Shown here: piece by piece, positions 1 to 11,300 of the stretch
Numbering within the stretch: position 1 is the stretch's first letter
Layout: each line of letters opens with the position of its first letter
Virus record (IMG/VR): IMGVR_UViG_3300042358_000005
Coordinates: 32,001-96,000 of that record
Reading direction: 5' to 3' (one strand)
Origin: a virus
Lineage: Duplodnaviria; Caudoviricetes
DNA length: 64,000 nt
The notes under the pieces: generated by a model
Databases searched by the model: none
Told to the model about the DNA's origin: nothing
The model's input: only the letters and a program-made list of their open reading frames with translations
Translations under genes and position numbers: made by a program

Positions 1-51
1 TATGAACTTCCTAACCGCACAAATAGAGGTGGTAGAAGACGTAATAACTAA
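1..51 (+). CDS. 3' end of an upstream gene (…YELPNRTNRGGRRRNN*), probably a tail ring/tube protein
   Basis: Frame 1 is open to TAA at 49-51, 5 nt before the next ATG; product inferred from position only. Confidence 0.5.
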   Translation, partial: YELPNRTNRGGRRRNN

Positions 52-56
52 TAACT

Positions 57-3000
57 ATGGCAGACGAGTTAGATAAAATAAAACAAATACTTGGTGGAGA
101 TCAAAGTAATATTAAATTAGAGCCTAATTTTGGAGCTATTGGTTTAAATATGGATCAAACTTTGAATCAGATTAAACCTGGTACATTGACCTATGCATTA
201 AATGCTGCTTTAGAAAACTTTGATGCTAGTTCTGTTAATTATCAGAACGAACAAGGTAATGAATTCTGTTTACAGTTTCCTTCAGGGTATTCTTTGATAG
301 GAACTTATTTTATTAATGAAAAGAACAAACATATATTCTTTATAGTAAATTCTGATATAGGAATGAGCCAGATTGGATATATGGATAATAATGATTGTAA
401 TTATGTTACATTAGTAGAATCAGCATGTCTTAACTTTGACATTAATCATCCAATACATAAAGTGGTACATAAGATTACCAATTGTAAAACTGAGATATAT
501 TGGACAGATGGATACAACTCAAGAAGATATTTAGATATAGAGAACATTCCATATACACTAGCATATGATTCAGATCTATGTGATCCTACATATACAGATC
601 AATTAGATTGTAATCAATTAAAAATACAACCTAATTTTAATATCCCTGAACTTGAAATAACAAATATTTATAATGGTGGGGATCTTACTTCTGGTACATA
701 TCAGTTTGCTATACAATATTGTGATGCATCAGGTAATGCTTATACATCATACTACTCTGTTACTAATCCTACACCTATTGCTGACACACAATTAACAACT
801 GCCATCTTTGATTATAAGGTTGGTAAATCTATTGAAGTGACAGTTAATAACTTAGATATTACAGGATTATATTTATACTATAATATAGCTGTAATCAAAA
901 CAATAAATAATATCACTAGTATAGAACTAGTAGGTACATATTCAATTGAAAATCAAGTTGACGTAGTAACATATACTGGACAAAATAATACACTGATTAA
1001 TCTAACTGCTTTAGATATATTTGAAAAATATCCATATTATGATATTGCTCAAGATTTGACTACTGCTCAAGATGTAATCATGTGGGACAACCTTACGTCT
1101 ATAGATAGAATAAACTATCAAGAGATAGCTTCTAAAATAGAGTTGTTATGGGAAACATATAGAATCCCTTCTAATGAAAACTATGCTGATGAATTAAATG
1201 CTACAAACCTACGTGGTTATCTACGTGATGAGGTGTATGCATTTGAAATAGTATTCTTATTAAAGAATGGAAAACAAACAGATGGCTTTCATATTCCTGG
1301 AAGAACATTAACATATGATGATTTACAATATCCAGATATCCCTACTACAAATGCTGACTTTATAGGTGAGCCTGATTATGTTGATCCTACATCAGGAGTT
1401 GGATATAGCCCTTATTGGAAAATATATAATACAGCTTCTGTCCTAGGACAAGCTACAGGAAATCCAATTGGTAATGCTACACCACATGAATATGGTGAAT
1501 TTGCTTATTGGGAATCTATAGAAACATATCCTTGTAATATAGATGTATGGGGAGATCTTGCAGGACAACAGATCAGACATCATAAATTTCCTGATGTACT
1601 CGTTAGTCCTATATTTGAAAATCCTATATATGCTTTAACTCCTGGTTTCCAACCAGAGATGCAAAGTGATGCTGTATTCCCATTAGGAGTGAAAGTTGAT
1701 ATATCACAAATTCAATCTTTGATCTCAAACTCTTCTATTGCACAAGATCAGAAAGATAACATTGCTGGATTTAAAATAGTAAGAGGTAATAGAAATACAA
1801 ATAAATCTATTGTAGCTAAAGGGATGCTTCGTAATGTAGCAACTTATCAAAGACAAGAACAAACTCTTTATTATCCAAACTACCCATATAATGATCTTAA
1901 TGAAGATCCATTTTTGAATGCAACAACTAATGCATATGATTCATTAGGACAATCTCAAGTTTGGATAGTTCAATGTAAAGAAACAGGTACATATGAATAT
2001 ACAGATACAGTTACTGGTAAGTTAGTAAGTTGTATTCCTATGAAAGCTGGTGAAAATTATGAATTTTGTTCTTTGACTAGACCAAAATATTTAACTGGTA
2101 AAGCATGTATAGGTCCTGGAAATTATGATGTTATTGTTTTTGATTATAGTATATGTACAGATGCATATTTATTAAGAGCAGATAGTGAATGGACATGTGA
2201 TAATTCTGCATTAACTACAGTAAAATTTGGAACTGTTCCATTTTGTTCATTTGCATGTAATTTATGTTCATTAAATACATGTGGTATTTTTATTGATAAA
2301 ATATCTATAGGTGAATGGCCTTATTATGAAGATGCAGATGGATATGTTGGAAGTGCAGAAGCTGTATGTAGAAGAGAAGAACCATGGCCTCTTCGATTAG
2401 CACTTGGTGAACTTCCTCCATATGATTCAAGATCTTGTATAAATTTTAGTAGAAGATCCCCATTGAATGATACCTGTGGATTAGCTAAATCATTACCAGC
2501 TATTACAAGTGAAAGTTCTAGATATAGACAAGTGTTCAATTCTCCAGATACATCTTTCTCACAACCTTTCTTAGGAGATATTCTTAAATTAGAGAATGTA
2601 ATGTTTGGTGGAGGAAAAGCACATTTTGTTCCAGTGAAAGGAAATGCTAAATATAGACTTCTTTCTAGACAAGCTCAAGAAGATGCATTAGATAGTTCAT
2701 TTGCTCTTGTTGTAGGTTCTGGTGATATGACAGCTGTATTTACAGCTTACCAAGCATATTTAACTATTTATGTAAATGGTATTACAAGAAAGAACTATGC
2801 TCAGTCATTTAACTCTATTGCTAGTTATGACTATTCTGCAGATATAGGTAATAACATTACATCTAATGGTGTAGTTGGTATTAAACAAAGACAATTAGAT
2901 ATTCAAACATATTTAATACCAGGTGTATTAAATGTAGGTGATGATAAAAATATTAATAACTATCAAAGAGAGTCATCTATCTATACAAAGACTATAGATA

Positions 3001-5264
3001 AATATGCTCCTCTTCCATTCCCTAATCAAACAGCATCACTTATTGATTCTAATAATGTGCCATTAATATCAGAAAACTCTAGATTTGTTATTGGTGGTCC
3101 AAACTATTGTACTGCAAGTGTAGCTGATAAGAAAGACAACTATTGTAACATTCCTGAGAAGGAACAAGACATTAGTGTTATTTCATATTATGCATCATTA
3201 AAAAATATATTTTTAAATCAATGGGGCCAAATGTATTCTTACGAGACTGTTGATACAGGATTCCAAAGAATGTTTAATATAAGTTCTTATTCTGATGATG
3301 TAGTATTTGGTGGAGATACATTTATAAATAAGTTTGCATATAAGACAAAACTTCCTTTCTTCTTGGATAATAGAGTGAACGGATTAGATGATAGTGATAT
3401 ATTCTATGATGAGATTGGCAATGTAGCCTATCCAAAATTCTGGCACTCTGCTAGATCTATTCTATATACATATACGAATATGATAAACATTATATCAATT
3501 AAAGCTCACAACTTTGATTGCTACAATGATCCTGCAGCTATTCCAAAAAGTAGTGATCCTGCAGCTGGTACATATAGAACTTTCTATGATGGATTCTTTT
3601 ATTTATTTGCATATGGTGTACCTAACTTCTATTGTGAATCTAATTATAATGTAGATATACGTCAAGCATTTAATGATAGAGAAGGTGATTTCTGGCCACA
3701 TGTATCAACTGGTATTCCAGATGATTGGGTACAAGAAGAGTTTACATCTATTGCATATGATAATACATATCATTACAATGTAACATTCTCTAAACAGAAC
3801 AAAGAGAATTATTTCTCACATTTACCAGCAGACTGGACATCAGATTTATGTTTTACATATTACCCATTTAGAGTGGTGTATTCTGATCCTCAAGTTAACA
3901 ATGCTGATGTAAGAGTTAATAACTGGTTAAGCTATTCTCCATTATCATTATATGACTTTCCACAGAATTATGGAAACCTTGTATCATTAGATGGTATTCA
4001 GAATAAAGCTGTGTTAGCTAGATTTGAGAACAAGTCATTGTTATATAATAAATTATTAACAATGAATACAAGTAATCCTCAAGCAGCTTATTTAGGTAAC
4101 CCTTCTTTATTTGCAGGAGCACCTCCTATTGATTTTGCTGAAACAGATCTTGGATATGTAGGAAGTCAGAATAAGTTTTTATTAAAGATTCCACAAGGAC
4201 AAGTAACAGTAGATGCTAAAAGAGGACAAATCTTTTTACTTACAAATGAAGGAGCTAATGAGATTTCAGGATTTGGATCTGGTGTAAATAGATTTATGAC
4301 AGACCATTTATCTTTTGAGATATCTAGATATTTCCCAACACATCAAGAAACCATAGATGGTAAAACAATTACTATTCCAGGAGTAGATACAGATAATAAT
4401 TATAATGGTATTGGATTACATGGTGTATATGATAGTAAGTTTGAAAGAGTTATAATTACAAAACTAGATTATATTCCTATTGATAAAGATGTGAAGTATG
4501 ATCCTATAACTAAAGAGTTCTATGTTGAAAAAGTTGTGTATGTTGTAATTCCTACAACAACAAGTACAACAACTATTTATACACCTACAACAAGCACTAC
4601 GTCTAGTTCAACTAGTTCTACTACTACATCAACATCTACCTCTACTAGTACAACAACTAGTACTACAACACTATATCCATTTCCATTAGTTACAATTTGT
4701 GATCAAACTTGGATAGCAAAAAATCTAGATGTTACTCATTATAGAAATGGGGATGTTATTCCACAAGCAACAACACAATCGCAAATGCTTGCATACGGAT
4801 TTTCACAAATAGGATGTTGGTCTTATGCAGCTTACAATACAGCTAATGGTACCGTTTATGGTAAATTATATAATTGGTATGCAGTGAATGATTCAAGAGG
4901 CTTAGCTCCATTAGGATATCATGTACCTACTATTAATGAATGGACAACATTAATTAATTGTTTAGGAGGTAACTCTGTTGCTGGAGGTAAAATAAAAGAA
5001 GTTGGTACAGCACATTGGACTAGCCCTAATACAGGTGCTACAAATGAATCTGGCTTTACAGCTTTAGGAGCAGGATTAAATCCTAGTTCAGGAACAGTAA
5101 CTTATCCACCTTCAAATATAAATTACTTTACATATTTTTGGACAGCTACATCAGTTAATAGTAGTACTGCTAATAATGTATTTTTTAGATTTAGCGATGG
5201 TACAGCAAATCCAACATCTGGTGAAAAAACAACAGCCTATTCTGTTCGTTTAATAAAAAATTAA
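57..5264 (+). CDS. Tail stabilisation/muzzle-type protein (N-terminal part), ending in a Thr/Ser-rich linker and a FISUMP (Fib_succ_major) domain
   Basis: 1735-aa ORF; N-terminus GLNMD…TYALNA…QNEQGN and IRHHKFPD resemble crAss-like tail stabilisation proteins; C-terminus TICDQTWIAKNL…YGKLYNWYAV…GYHVPT…EW…FWT…SVRLIKN matches FISUMP. Confidence 0.8.
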   Translation: MADELDKIKQILGGDQSNIKLEPNFGAIGLNMDQTLNQIKPGTLTYALNAALENFDASSVNYQNEQGNEFCLQFPSGYSLIGTYFINEKNKHIFFIVNSDIGMSQIGYMDNNDCNYVTLVESACLNFDINHPIHKVVHKITNCKTEIYWTDGYNSRRYLDIENIPYTLAYDSDLCDPTYTDQLDCNQLKIQPNFNIPELEITNIYNGGDLTSGTYQFAIQYCDASGNAYTSYYSVTNPTPIADTQLTTAIFDYKVGKSIEVTVNNLDITGLYLYYNIAVIKTINNITSIELVGTYSIENQVDVVTYTGQNNTLINLTALDIFEKYPYYDIAQDLTTAQDVIMWDNLTSIDRINYQEIASKIELLWETYRIPSNENYADELNATNLRGYLRDEVYAFEIVFLLKNGKQTDGFHIPGRTLTYDDLQYPDIPTTNADFIGEPDYVDPTSGVGYSPYWKIYNTASVLGQATGNPIGNATPHEYGEFAYWESIETYPCNIDVWGDLAGQQIRHHKFPDVLVSPIFENPIYALTPGFQPEMQSDAVFPLGVKVDISQIQSLISNSSIAQDQKDNIAGFKIVRGNRNTNKSIVAKGMLRNVATYQRQEQTLYYPNYPYNDLNEDPFLNATTNAYDSLGQSQVWIVQCKETGTYEYTDTVTGKLVSCIPMKAGENYEFCSLTRPKYLTGKACIGPGNYDVIVFDYSICTDAYLLRADSEWTCDNSALTTVKFGTVPFCSFACNLCSLNTCGIFIDKISIGEWPYYEDADGYVGSAEAVCRREEPWPLRLALGELPPYDSRSCINFSRRSPLNDTCGLAKSLPAITSESSRYRQVFNSPDTSFSQPFLGDILKLENVMFGGGKAHFVPVKGNAKYRLLSRQAQEDALDSSFALVVGSGDMTAVFTAYQAYLTIYVNGITRKNYAQSFNSIASYDYSADIGNNITSNGVVGIKQRQLDIQTYLIPGVLNVGDDKNINNYQRESSIYTKTIDKYAPLPFPNQTASLIDSNNVPLISENSRFVIGGPNYCTASVADKKDNYCNIPEKEQDISVISYYASLKNIFLNQWGQMYSYETVDTGFQRMFNISSYSDDVVFGGDTFINKFAYKTKLPFFLDNRVNGLDDSDIFYDEIGNVAYPKFWHSARSILYTYTNMINIISIKAHNFDCYNDPAAIPKSSDPAAGTYRTFYDGFFYLFAYGVPNFYCESNYNVDIRQAFNDREGDFWPHVSTGIPDDWVQEEFTSIAYDNTYHYNVTFSKQNKENYFSHLPADWTSDLCFTYYPFRVVYSDPQVNNADVRVNNWLSYSPLSLYDFPQNYGNLVSLDGIQNKAVLARFENKSLLYNKLLTMNTSNPQAAYLGNPSLFAGAPPIDFAETDLGYVGSQNKFLLKIPQGQVTVDAKRGQIFLLTNEGANEISGFGSGVNRFMTDHLSFEISRYFPTHQETIDGKTITIPGVDTDNNYNGIGLHGVYDSKFERVIITKLDYIPIDKDVKYDPITKEFYVEKVVYVVIPTTTSTTTIYTPTTSTTSSSTSSTTTSTSTSTSTTTSTTTLYPFPLVTICDQTWIAKNLDVTHYRNGDVIPQATTQSQMLAYGFSQIGCWSYAAYNTANGTVYGKLYNWYAVNDSRGLAPLGYHVPTINEWTTLINCLGGNSVAGGKIKEVGTAHWTSPNTGATNESGFTALGAGLNPSSGTVTYPPSNINYFTYFWTATSVNSSTANNVFFRFSDGTANPTSGEKTTAYSVRLIKN

Positions 5265-5268
5265 TATA

Positions 5269-6807
5269 ATGGCTAAGGAAATACAAACACCAGTAGTGTT
5301 ACGAACACAAGTTTATTTAAATGACCCAGACTACTTTTGTAATAAGAGTTGGACTATGTCATATAATTTAAATACTAAGTCATGGATAAGTTATCATAGT
5401 TATATCCCTAATTTCTATATAGGAGAAAACAATTTCTTTTATTCAGGACTTAATGGATGTTGTGATGATGGTGAGAGTGGTGGGTTTCAAGTTATTGCTG
5501 GAGAATTCAATAAAGTGGTACCAACCTCTACATCAACAACAACTTTCTATCCTTCTCCAACTACTACATCTACCACTACAGTGTTAGATTGTATATTAGT
5601 AGGAGCAGCAATTACAACAAGTTGTGAATTAGTAGGTAATGCAATAATCACTGTACCACCTACAACTACTACCACTATATGTCAAAGACCTTCTAATCTA
5701 TTAACTCAATTTATATTTATACAAGGATATACATTAGGAACAGATCCAGAAGTAATATTTATTAGTAGTCTACAAGATGCATGTAATGCATTACCTGCTA
5801 TTGAGTATGTAGGTAGTCCTACTAATACTGACAGTAGTACAGTGAATACATTTAATGGATATGCAAATACTACATCAACAGAATTAGAAATTGGAAACAT
5901 AGTTTATTATGGTGATTCATTAGATTGTACATTTGTTCCTGATGGATGGTATTATGCTTATTCTCCTTTGTTAGATTTTATTTATCAGATTGTAGGAGGA
6001 GTGGTTGTAACAATAACAACATGTGATTGTGGAATAACTACATCTACTACTACAACTATGCCTGTAGTATCAGAGTGTTGTGGAATTTTATTAGCATCAA
6101 CTGATGCTATTAATTATTTCAATAAGTTAACAAATGTAATAACTCCATTAAATGTACCAGGATATACAACTTCTTCAGGTATAGCTATGACAACAGATAA
6201 GTTATGGTCTATTAATGCTGATATAAAAGAATGGAACATATTATTAAATCCATTTTTAGCAACGTTTAATAGAACAATAACTCTTCCTGGAGGATTTACT
6301 ACATCATCTGGAATTGTTGCTTTAAATAATACAGCATTGATTGCTATAGATAGTTCAGCATCTCCACAAGAAGTTGTAGAATTAAACATTACTACATTGA
6401 GTGCATCTGCTGCTATTCAGTTTACGTTACAAGCTAATAGACAAGCTTCTGGTAATCCATTATATATACAGACAGGTCAGATAATTATAATCAATCAAGA
6501 TGTCATATCTTCTGATTATTATATTACACAATACAATTATTCTACAGGAACACTTGAACTTGATATTAATATTGGAACTGTAGAAGGTGTTACATTATTT
6601 GAATGTGATTGTGATATTTATGTTACAGATGCATCTGGACACATGTATGTAATAATTAAAGCATTCCCTTATGTATTATTATATCTAGGATATAGTATTA
6701 ATTTAACATCTATAAGTTCTGCTACTCAAATTGGAAGCTGTATAGTTAGTTCTATCACTGGAAATAGTAATGTACCAACAACAACAACCACTACAACTAT
6801 CCCTTAA
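5269..6807 (+). CDS. Structural protein: short continuation of the stabilisation fold, then Thr-rich linkers, beta-rich domains and a poly-Thr C-tail
   Basis: 512-aa ORF; starts DPDYFCNKSWTMSY…SWISYHSYIPNFY; ends PTTTTTTTIP. Confidence 0.7.
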   Translation: MAKEIQTPVVLRTQVYLNDPDYFCNKSWTMSYNLNTKSWISYHSYIPNFYIGENNFFYSGLNGCCDDGESGGFQVIAGEFNKVVPTSTSTTTFYPSPTTTSTTTVLDCILVGAAITTSCELVGNAIITVPPTTTTTICQRPSNLLTQFIFIQGYTLGTDPEVIFISSLQDACNALPAIEYVGSPTNTDSSTVNTFNGYANTTSTELEIGNIVYYGDSLDCTFVPDGWYYAYSPLLDFIYQIVGGVVVTITTCDCGITTSTTTTMPVVSECCGILLASTDAINYFNKLTNVITPLNVPGYTTSSGIAMTTDKLWSINADIKEWNILLNPFLATFNRTITLPGGFTTSSGIVALNNTALIAIDSSASPQEVVELNITTLSASAAIQFTLQANRQASGNPLYIQTGQIIIINQDVISSDYYITQYNYSTGTLELDINIGTVEGVTLFECDCDIYVTDASGHMYVIIKAFPYVLLYLGYSINLTSISSATQIGSCIVSSITGNSNVPTTTTTTTIP

Positions 6808-6808
6808 C

Positions 6809-7675
6809 ATGACAAAAATAATAACCATAAAATTAGTACAAACTGGACCAACTGCTGGACCATTTAACATTAGTGATCTTTCTGGAAATATTATAGCTGA
6901 GAATGTTTCTAGAAAAACATTAATTGAAGGTATAAGTTATGTAGTAGATGTTAGTGTTGATACAATTATTCTTAAATCTATAGGTGATTGTGAGTTGACT
7001 GTAACTGTACCATTGAAAAGATTTAATATAGTAGAGTATCAGAATATAAAATATACACAATCTGCAACTGGGTGTTTATGGAGACATTTAACAAACATAG
7101 AAAAGTATAATGAATTCTATGGACATATAGAACCATACATCATTGAGTATCCTTTTGCATATCAATTTCAAGATGAAATCCTTCAGAATGTAAAAGATTA
7201 TACTAAGGCATATGAATATCTTCCTATACGTGATGGTGTGTTTAATGATAATGTAAGAATAGAAACAAATAACAAATGGTTTAATAAAGCTGTTTTATAT
7301 AATGGACAACAGAGTTCTGGAGTGCTTGAATTGGTTGCAAAACCTTTACATAATATGAAAGCTTATATGCAATATCCTATTCTTAATGCTGAGAGTAAAA
7401 CTATCACTTATACTAAGAGTGATAACTTCTATCAGTATAATACATTCTGGGCTGCAGAGATAAGTTCTCAGATTCCATTATTTAGCACATCGTGTGAAAG
7501 TCTTTCAATAGATAAGATAGTGAATCAAAAGAATATGGACTATGGTCCTAGAAGTTTCAAGAAAGCAACACTAAGAGCAAAAGAATTAAAGGTGAGACAT
7601 ATACTAGATAATAGTTCAACAACACATCTAGTGTCTCAATTCATAACAGCACCTGCACAAATATCATACAAGTAA
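6809..7675 (+). CDS. C-terminal part of the tail stabilisation protein, with a small N-terminal beta domain
   Basis: ATG at 6809 directly after TAA 6805-6807 (preferred over 6770); LWRH…FYG…PYIIEYP…FNKAVLYNGQQSSG motifs. Confidence 0.7.
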   Translation: MTKIITIKLVQTGPTAGPFNISDLSGNIIAENVSRKTLIEGISYVVDVSVDTIILKSIGDCELTVTVPLKRFNIVEYQNIKYTQSATGCLWRHLTNIEKYNEFYGHIEPYIIEYPFAYQFQDEILQNVKDYTKAYEYLPIRDGVFNDNVRIETNNKWFNKAVLYNGQQSSGVLELVAKPLHNMKAYMQYPILNAESKTITYTKSDNFYQYNTFWAAEISSQIPLFSTSCESLSIDKIVNQKNMDYGPRSFKKATLRAKELKVRHILDNSSTTHLVSQFITAPAQISYK

Positions 7676-7676
7676 A

Positions 7677-8357
7677 ATGGCAAAAGGTTGGTTAGACAAT
7701 TACGGTAAACAAGAGAATTATAATAATTCTAAAACCTCTGTTCCTGAAGGATATGAAGGAGAAGGATATTCTATGAAAGGAAGAAACTATTCTCCTGCAT
7801 GGGGTGGACAATTTCAAATGGGTGGATCTGTCTATCCAGTTAACTATGTTCCTCAAGCAGCGATGGGTGGAACTATAGCAGGAGCTGTAGGTTTCTCATA
7901 TGCACGTACACAAGGAGCTGCTCCTAGTAAAGGACCACATAGAAACAAAGTTGATGTTACAGATGCTTCTGCACAGAATGGTCAAGAGATGAACTATTAT
8001 AAAAATGGATTAGATTGGAAACCTAAGAGTATAAGTAAAGGTGGCTCTATAATTAAAGATGAGATGGGTCAATGGAATCACCCAGGAGAGATAACAGAAA
8101 TATCAGGAGATACAATGGCAACACATGGATACGGTGATATACCATTGTATGTAGTTCCAGATAAAGGTGAGCCTAGATTAGTACAACCTAATACAGGAAT
8201 ACAAAAGTTTCCAGGAGCAAAGAAGTTTACAGAATATCCTGTATCTCAAAATGGATTAAGACAAGAACAAAAGAGTTTGCAGAATTTAGATAATCTAACT
8301 AACTTTACAAATTATAATAAACCACAACCAGGAGGCTGGCTAAACAAATACAATTAA
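7677..8357 (+). CDS. Probable internal virion protein
   Basis: 226-aa ORF in the structural operon; FQMGG/AMGG/AQNG motifs; GQWNHPGEIT. Confidence 0.6.
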   Translation: MAKGWLDNYGKQENYNNSKTSVPEGYEGEGYSMKGRNYSPAWGGQFQMGGSVYPVNYVPQAAMGGTIAGAVGFSYARTQGAAPSKGPHRNKVDVTDASAQNGQEMNYYKNGLDWKPKSISKGGSIIKDEMGQWNHPGEITEISGDTMATHGYGDIPLYVVPDKGEPRLVQPNTGIQKFPGAKKFTEYPVSQNGLRQEQKSLQNLDNLTNFTNYNKPQPGGWLNKYN

Positions 8358-8358
8358 T

Positions 8359-11300
8359 ATGAAGGCACAAATTTTAAAAATCGCTGGTGTTAAATCTGAA
8401 AAGGAGTTCTACAAAAAATATCCATCAGAGAAAGCATTTATGAAACAACATGGCAAAGCTTTTAAGAAAGCTCAGATAGGTGCTATGATGGATAATAATA
8501 ATAATGGTATTCCAGATGCTGTAGAAAATCCAAATAACACAAGTGCATTAGGTGCTCCTGGATTTGGACAAACTGCTAACTATGCAGACACTCTAGGATA
8601 TCAGAGTCAACCTTCATATTTACCAAAACCTCCTATGCCAGTTGATGATAATTATACGCCAATGGTTGAAGGTTATCCTCGTCAATCATTTACAGATGCT
8701 GAAATAGCAAAACAGAATGAGCAAATAATTGATCCTTCTACTAATGAAAAACAAAAGGGTCCTGGCTTTAATATGACAGGTGCAGCAAATGTAGTTACTG
8801 GAACTAAAGAAGGGTTAGATGCATTAACTGCAGAACAGAAGTTAACAGATAAAATGAGAACCTGGGCTAATGTTTCTGATGTAATTAAAGAAGCTGGTAT
8901 ATCAAATGCATATTTACAAAAAGAACCAAACAAATGGCTTAGAGCAGATGATCCTAGATTCACACATAACATTGGTGAACTATATCGTCCACAAGGAAGA
9001 GGAAGTGATGTTATTAGCCAGAATGGATCTTCTATTGGAGGTAATCCTACAGAGATACAAAACACTTATTCAGATGGAGTTACATTATATGATGATCTTG
9101 GATATGCACCACTTGATGCTAATGAATATAATAATGATGCCAATAATGTAAAAGCATTTCAAGGTGGTGGAGGATTTGGAAGTTGGTTTGGACAAGCTAC
9201 TAATTCATTAGGTGGAGATAGTGCTAAAGGATTCATGGGTAATATGGGAGGTGGAAGTCCATTTGATTCTATGATAGGTGGTGCCTTTGGAAATAATGCA
9301 GGAAGTAAAATAGGTGGTTCTATTGGTAGTGTATTTGGACCAGTTGGATCATTAGTTGGTACAGCTATTGGAGGATATGCTGATAAGGAAGGTGGTAAAC
9401 AAGCATTTGCTCAAAGTAGAATTAATTCAAATCAATCATTTTTAAATAGACTTAGTGCTACAGGTGGTATACATAATCAATTTTCACAAGTTACTCAGAA
9501 TGGTGGAGACCTTGCTATGTATGAAGAAGGAGGATATATGAATCCTGAATATAATCCACAAGTGATTGCTATGTTTGGTGATCATAATGCACAAGACTTT
9601 GCTGACTATGCACATAAAGATGTAGCAAGAGCAGGTGGACATTTAAAAGAATATACAGCTCCTAGTAATAGAGCTATGGAAACTTTTGCATTAGGTGGTA
9701 AACTTCAAAGTCATTGGGGTGGAAATGTTGAAGACATATCTTATAATCCTTACATGCCAGGTTCTGGTAAAACAGCAATGATTAACGGACCTTCACATAA
9801 TAATGATGGTGTAGGAATTAGTTATGGTAATCCACAGAATGGATACAATGAAGGTTATGCTGCAAATGGTGCAGAGATGAAAGCACAAATAGAAGGTGAA
9901 GGAGGAGAACCTGTAATTGAAATGGCAGAAGGTGGTAATATAAATCCTCAAACAGGAGAACAAGAAACATCTGCTGTAGTGGCTGGTAACATACCAGTTA
10001 GTTTAGATATGGCAAAGCTTACTGAAAACCCTGATCTTATAAGAATAGCTACTGACAATCCTAATCATACATTTAAAAAAATAATTGCTAGTTATTCTAA
10101 TGGTGAGAACAAAGCAAATAAATTAAAAGAACAAGCTGCTGATATATCAAATGAAGCAGACAAAACTAAGTGGGGAAAACTAGATGAACAAACTGCTTTT
10201 ATAAAAGATAAATCTGGAGATATGGAACTTAAAAGAATTGCTAAAGATAAGATGTTACTTGCTAACTATCAGAATGTACTACATAAGATTAAAGACGAAA
10301 TTTCACAAGCTAAAGGTAAAAATATTAGTGCAGAAGCATTAGGTAAAGGATTAATAGAAATAGATAAAGATCCTATTACTAAGAATGCACCTTTGACTCA
10401 AACTGCTAAATTTGGAGCCAGTCTTATGAAAGCTCAGAACAGTGCTACCATTACCCCAACTGATGGAGCTCCACGCCTTACACAAGAACAATATAATAAA
10501 CTTGTATCATTATATGAGCAAGGTAAGAAAGATAAAAAGAGTCCTGCTATAAAAGAGTTCCAACATTTATATCATCAATTCTTTCCTAAAGAAGCTGTTG
10601 AAGCAATTCAAAAGACTACTAAAGAAAGAGGTGTGACATCTAAAGGAAAACAAATGGGTCTTACTAAAGAAGATATTCTTTCAGGAAAAGATACTGGTAG
10701 AATATTAGAAAGTAACGAAGATGAATTCTTTGGACCTAGAACAATACAGTATATGTCTAATATCAATACTGATTTTAATAAAACACCTCCAACAAAAGAT
10801 TTACAATTAAAAGGTCTTGGTACACCATCTACCACTGGAGAAACTTCTACTAAATCACCAATTGATGTAGTTCCTTATAAAGGAAATAGAATAGGAGAGA
10901 TTGCTGGTCTAGTTTCTAGTTTGTTTCAAAATAATAGACTACCAGGTATTGATCCACGTCAGTTTGCTAAAGAATATTTAGCTATGGCTACTAATGCAGT
11001 GGAACCTGTTCAATCTCAGAGATTACAACAACAACTAGATCCTTTATATCGTGTGAGTTATGAAGATATTAGAAATCAAACTACTGCAGATTTTAGAGAA
11101 GCTGAGAGACAACTAGCAGGTAACCCAGCAGCATTGGCAAGTTTATATAGTAAAAAGTTTATGGCAAACCAACCAGGTTATGCTGAAGAGTTTAGAACTA
11201 ACCAAGCTATTGAAGATAAAATATTTGGTGGTAATAGAGCTAAGATAAATCAAACTGCTGCTGCAAACATACAACTAGATGCTGCACAAAGAGATTTACA

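Noticed and set aside
5130-5264. DGR variable region
   Set aside because: No template repeat or reverse transcriptase seen in this window
6770-6808. Longer starts given by the ORF track (6770; likewise 40676, 48003, 55719)
   Set aside because: They overlap upstream genes with implausible sequence; downstream ATGs at 6809, 40751, 48081 and 55695 fit the operon packing
57-7675. Stop-codon reassignment or readthrough to explain the split muzzle gene
   Set aside because: The stops are TAA, the next ORFs are in different frames with their own ATG, and the standard code gives dense long ORFs throughout
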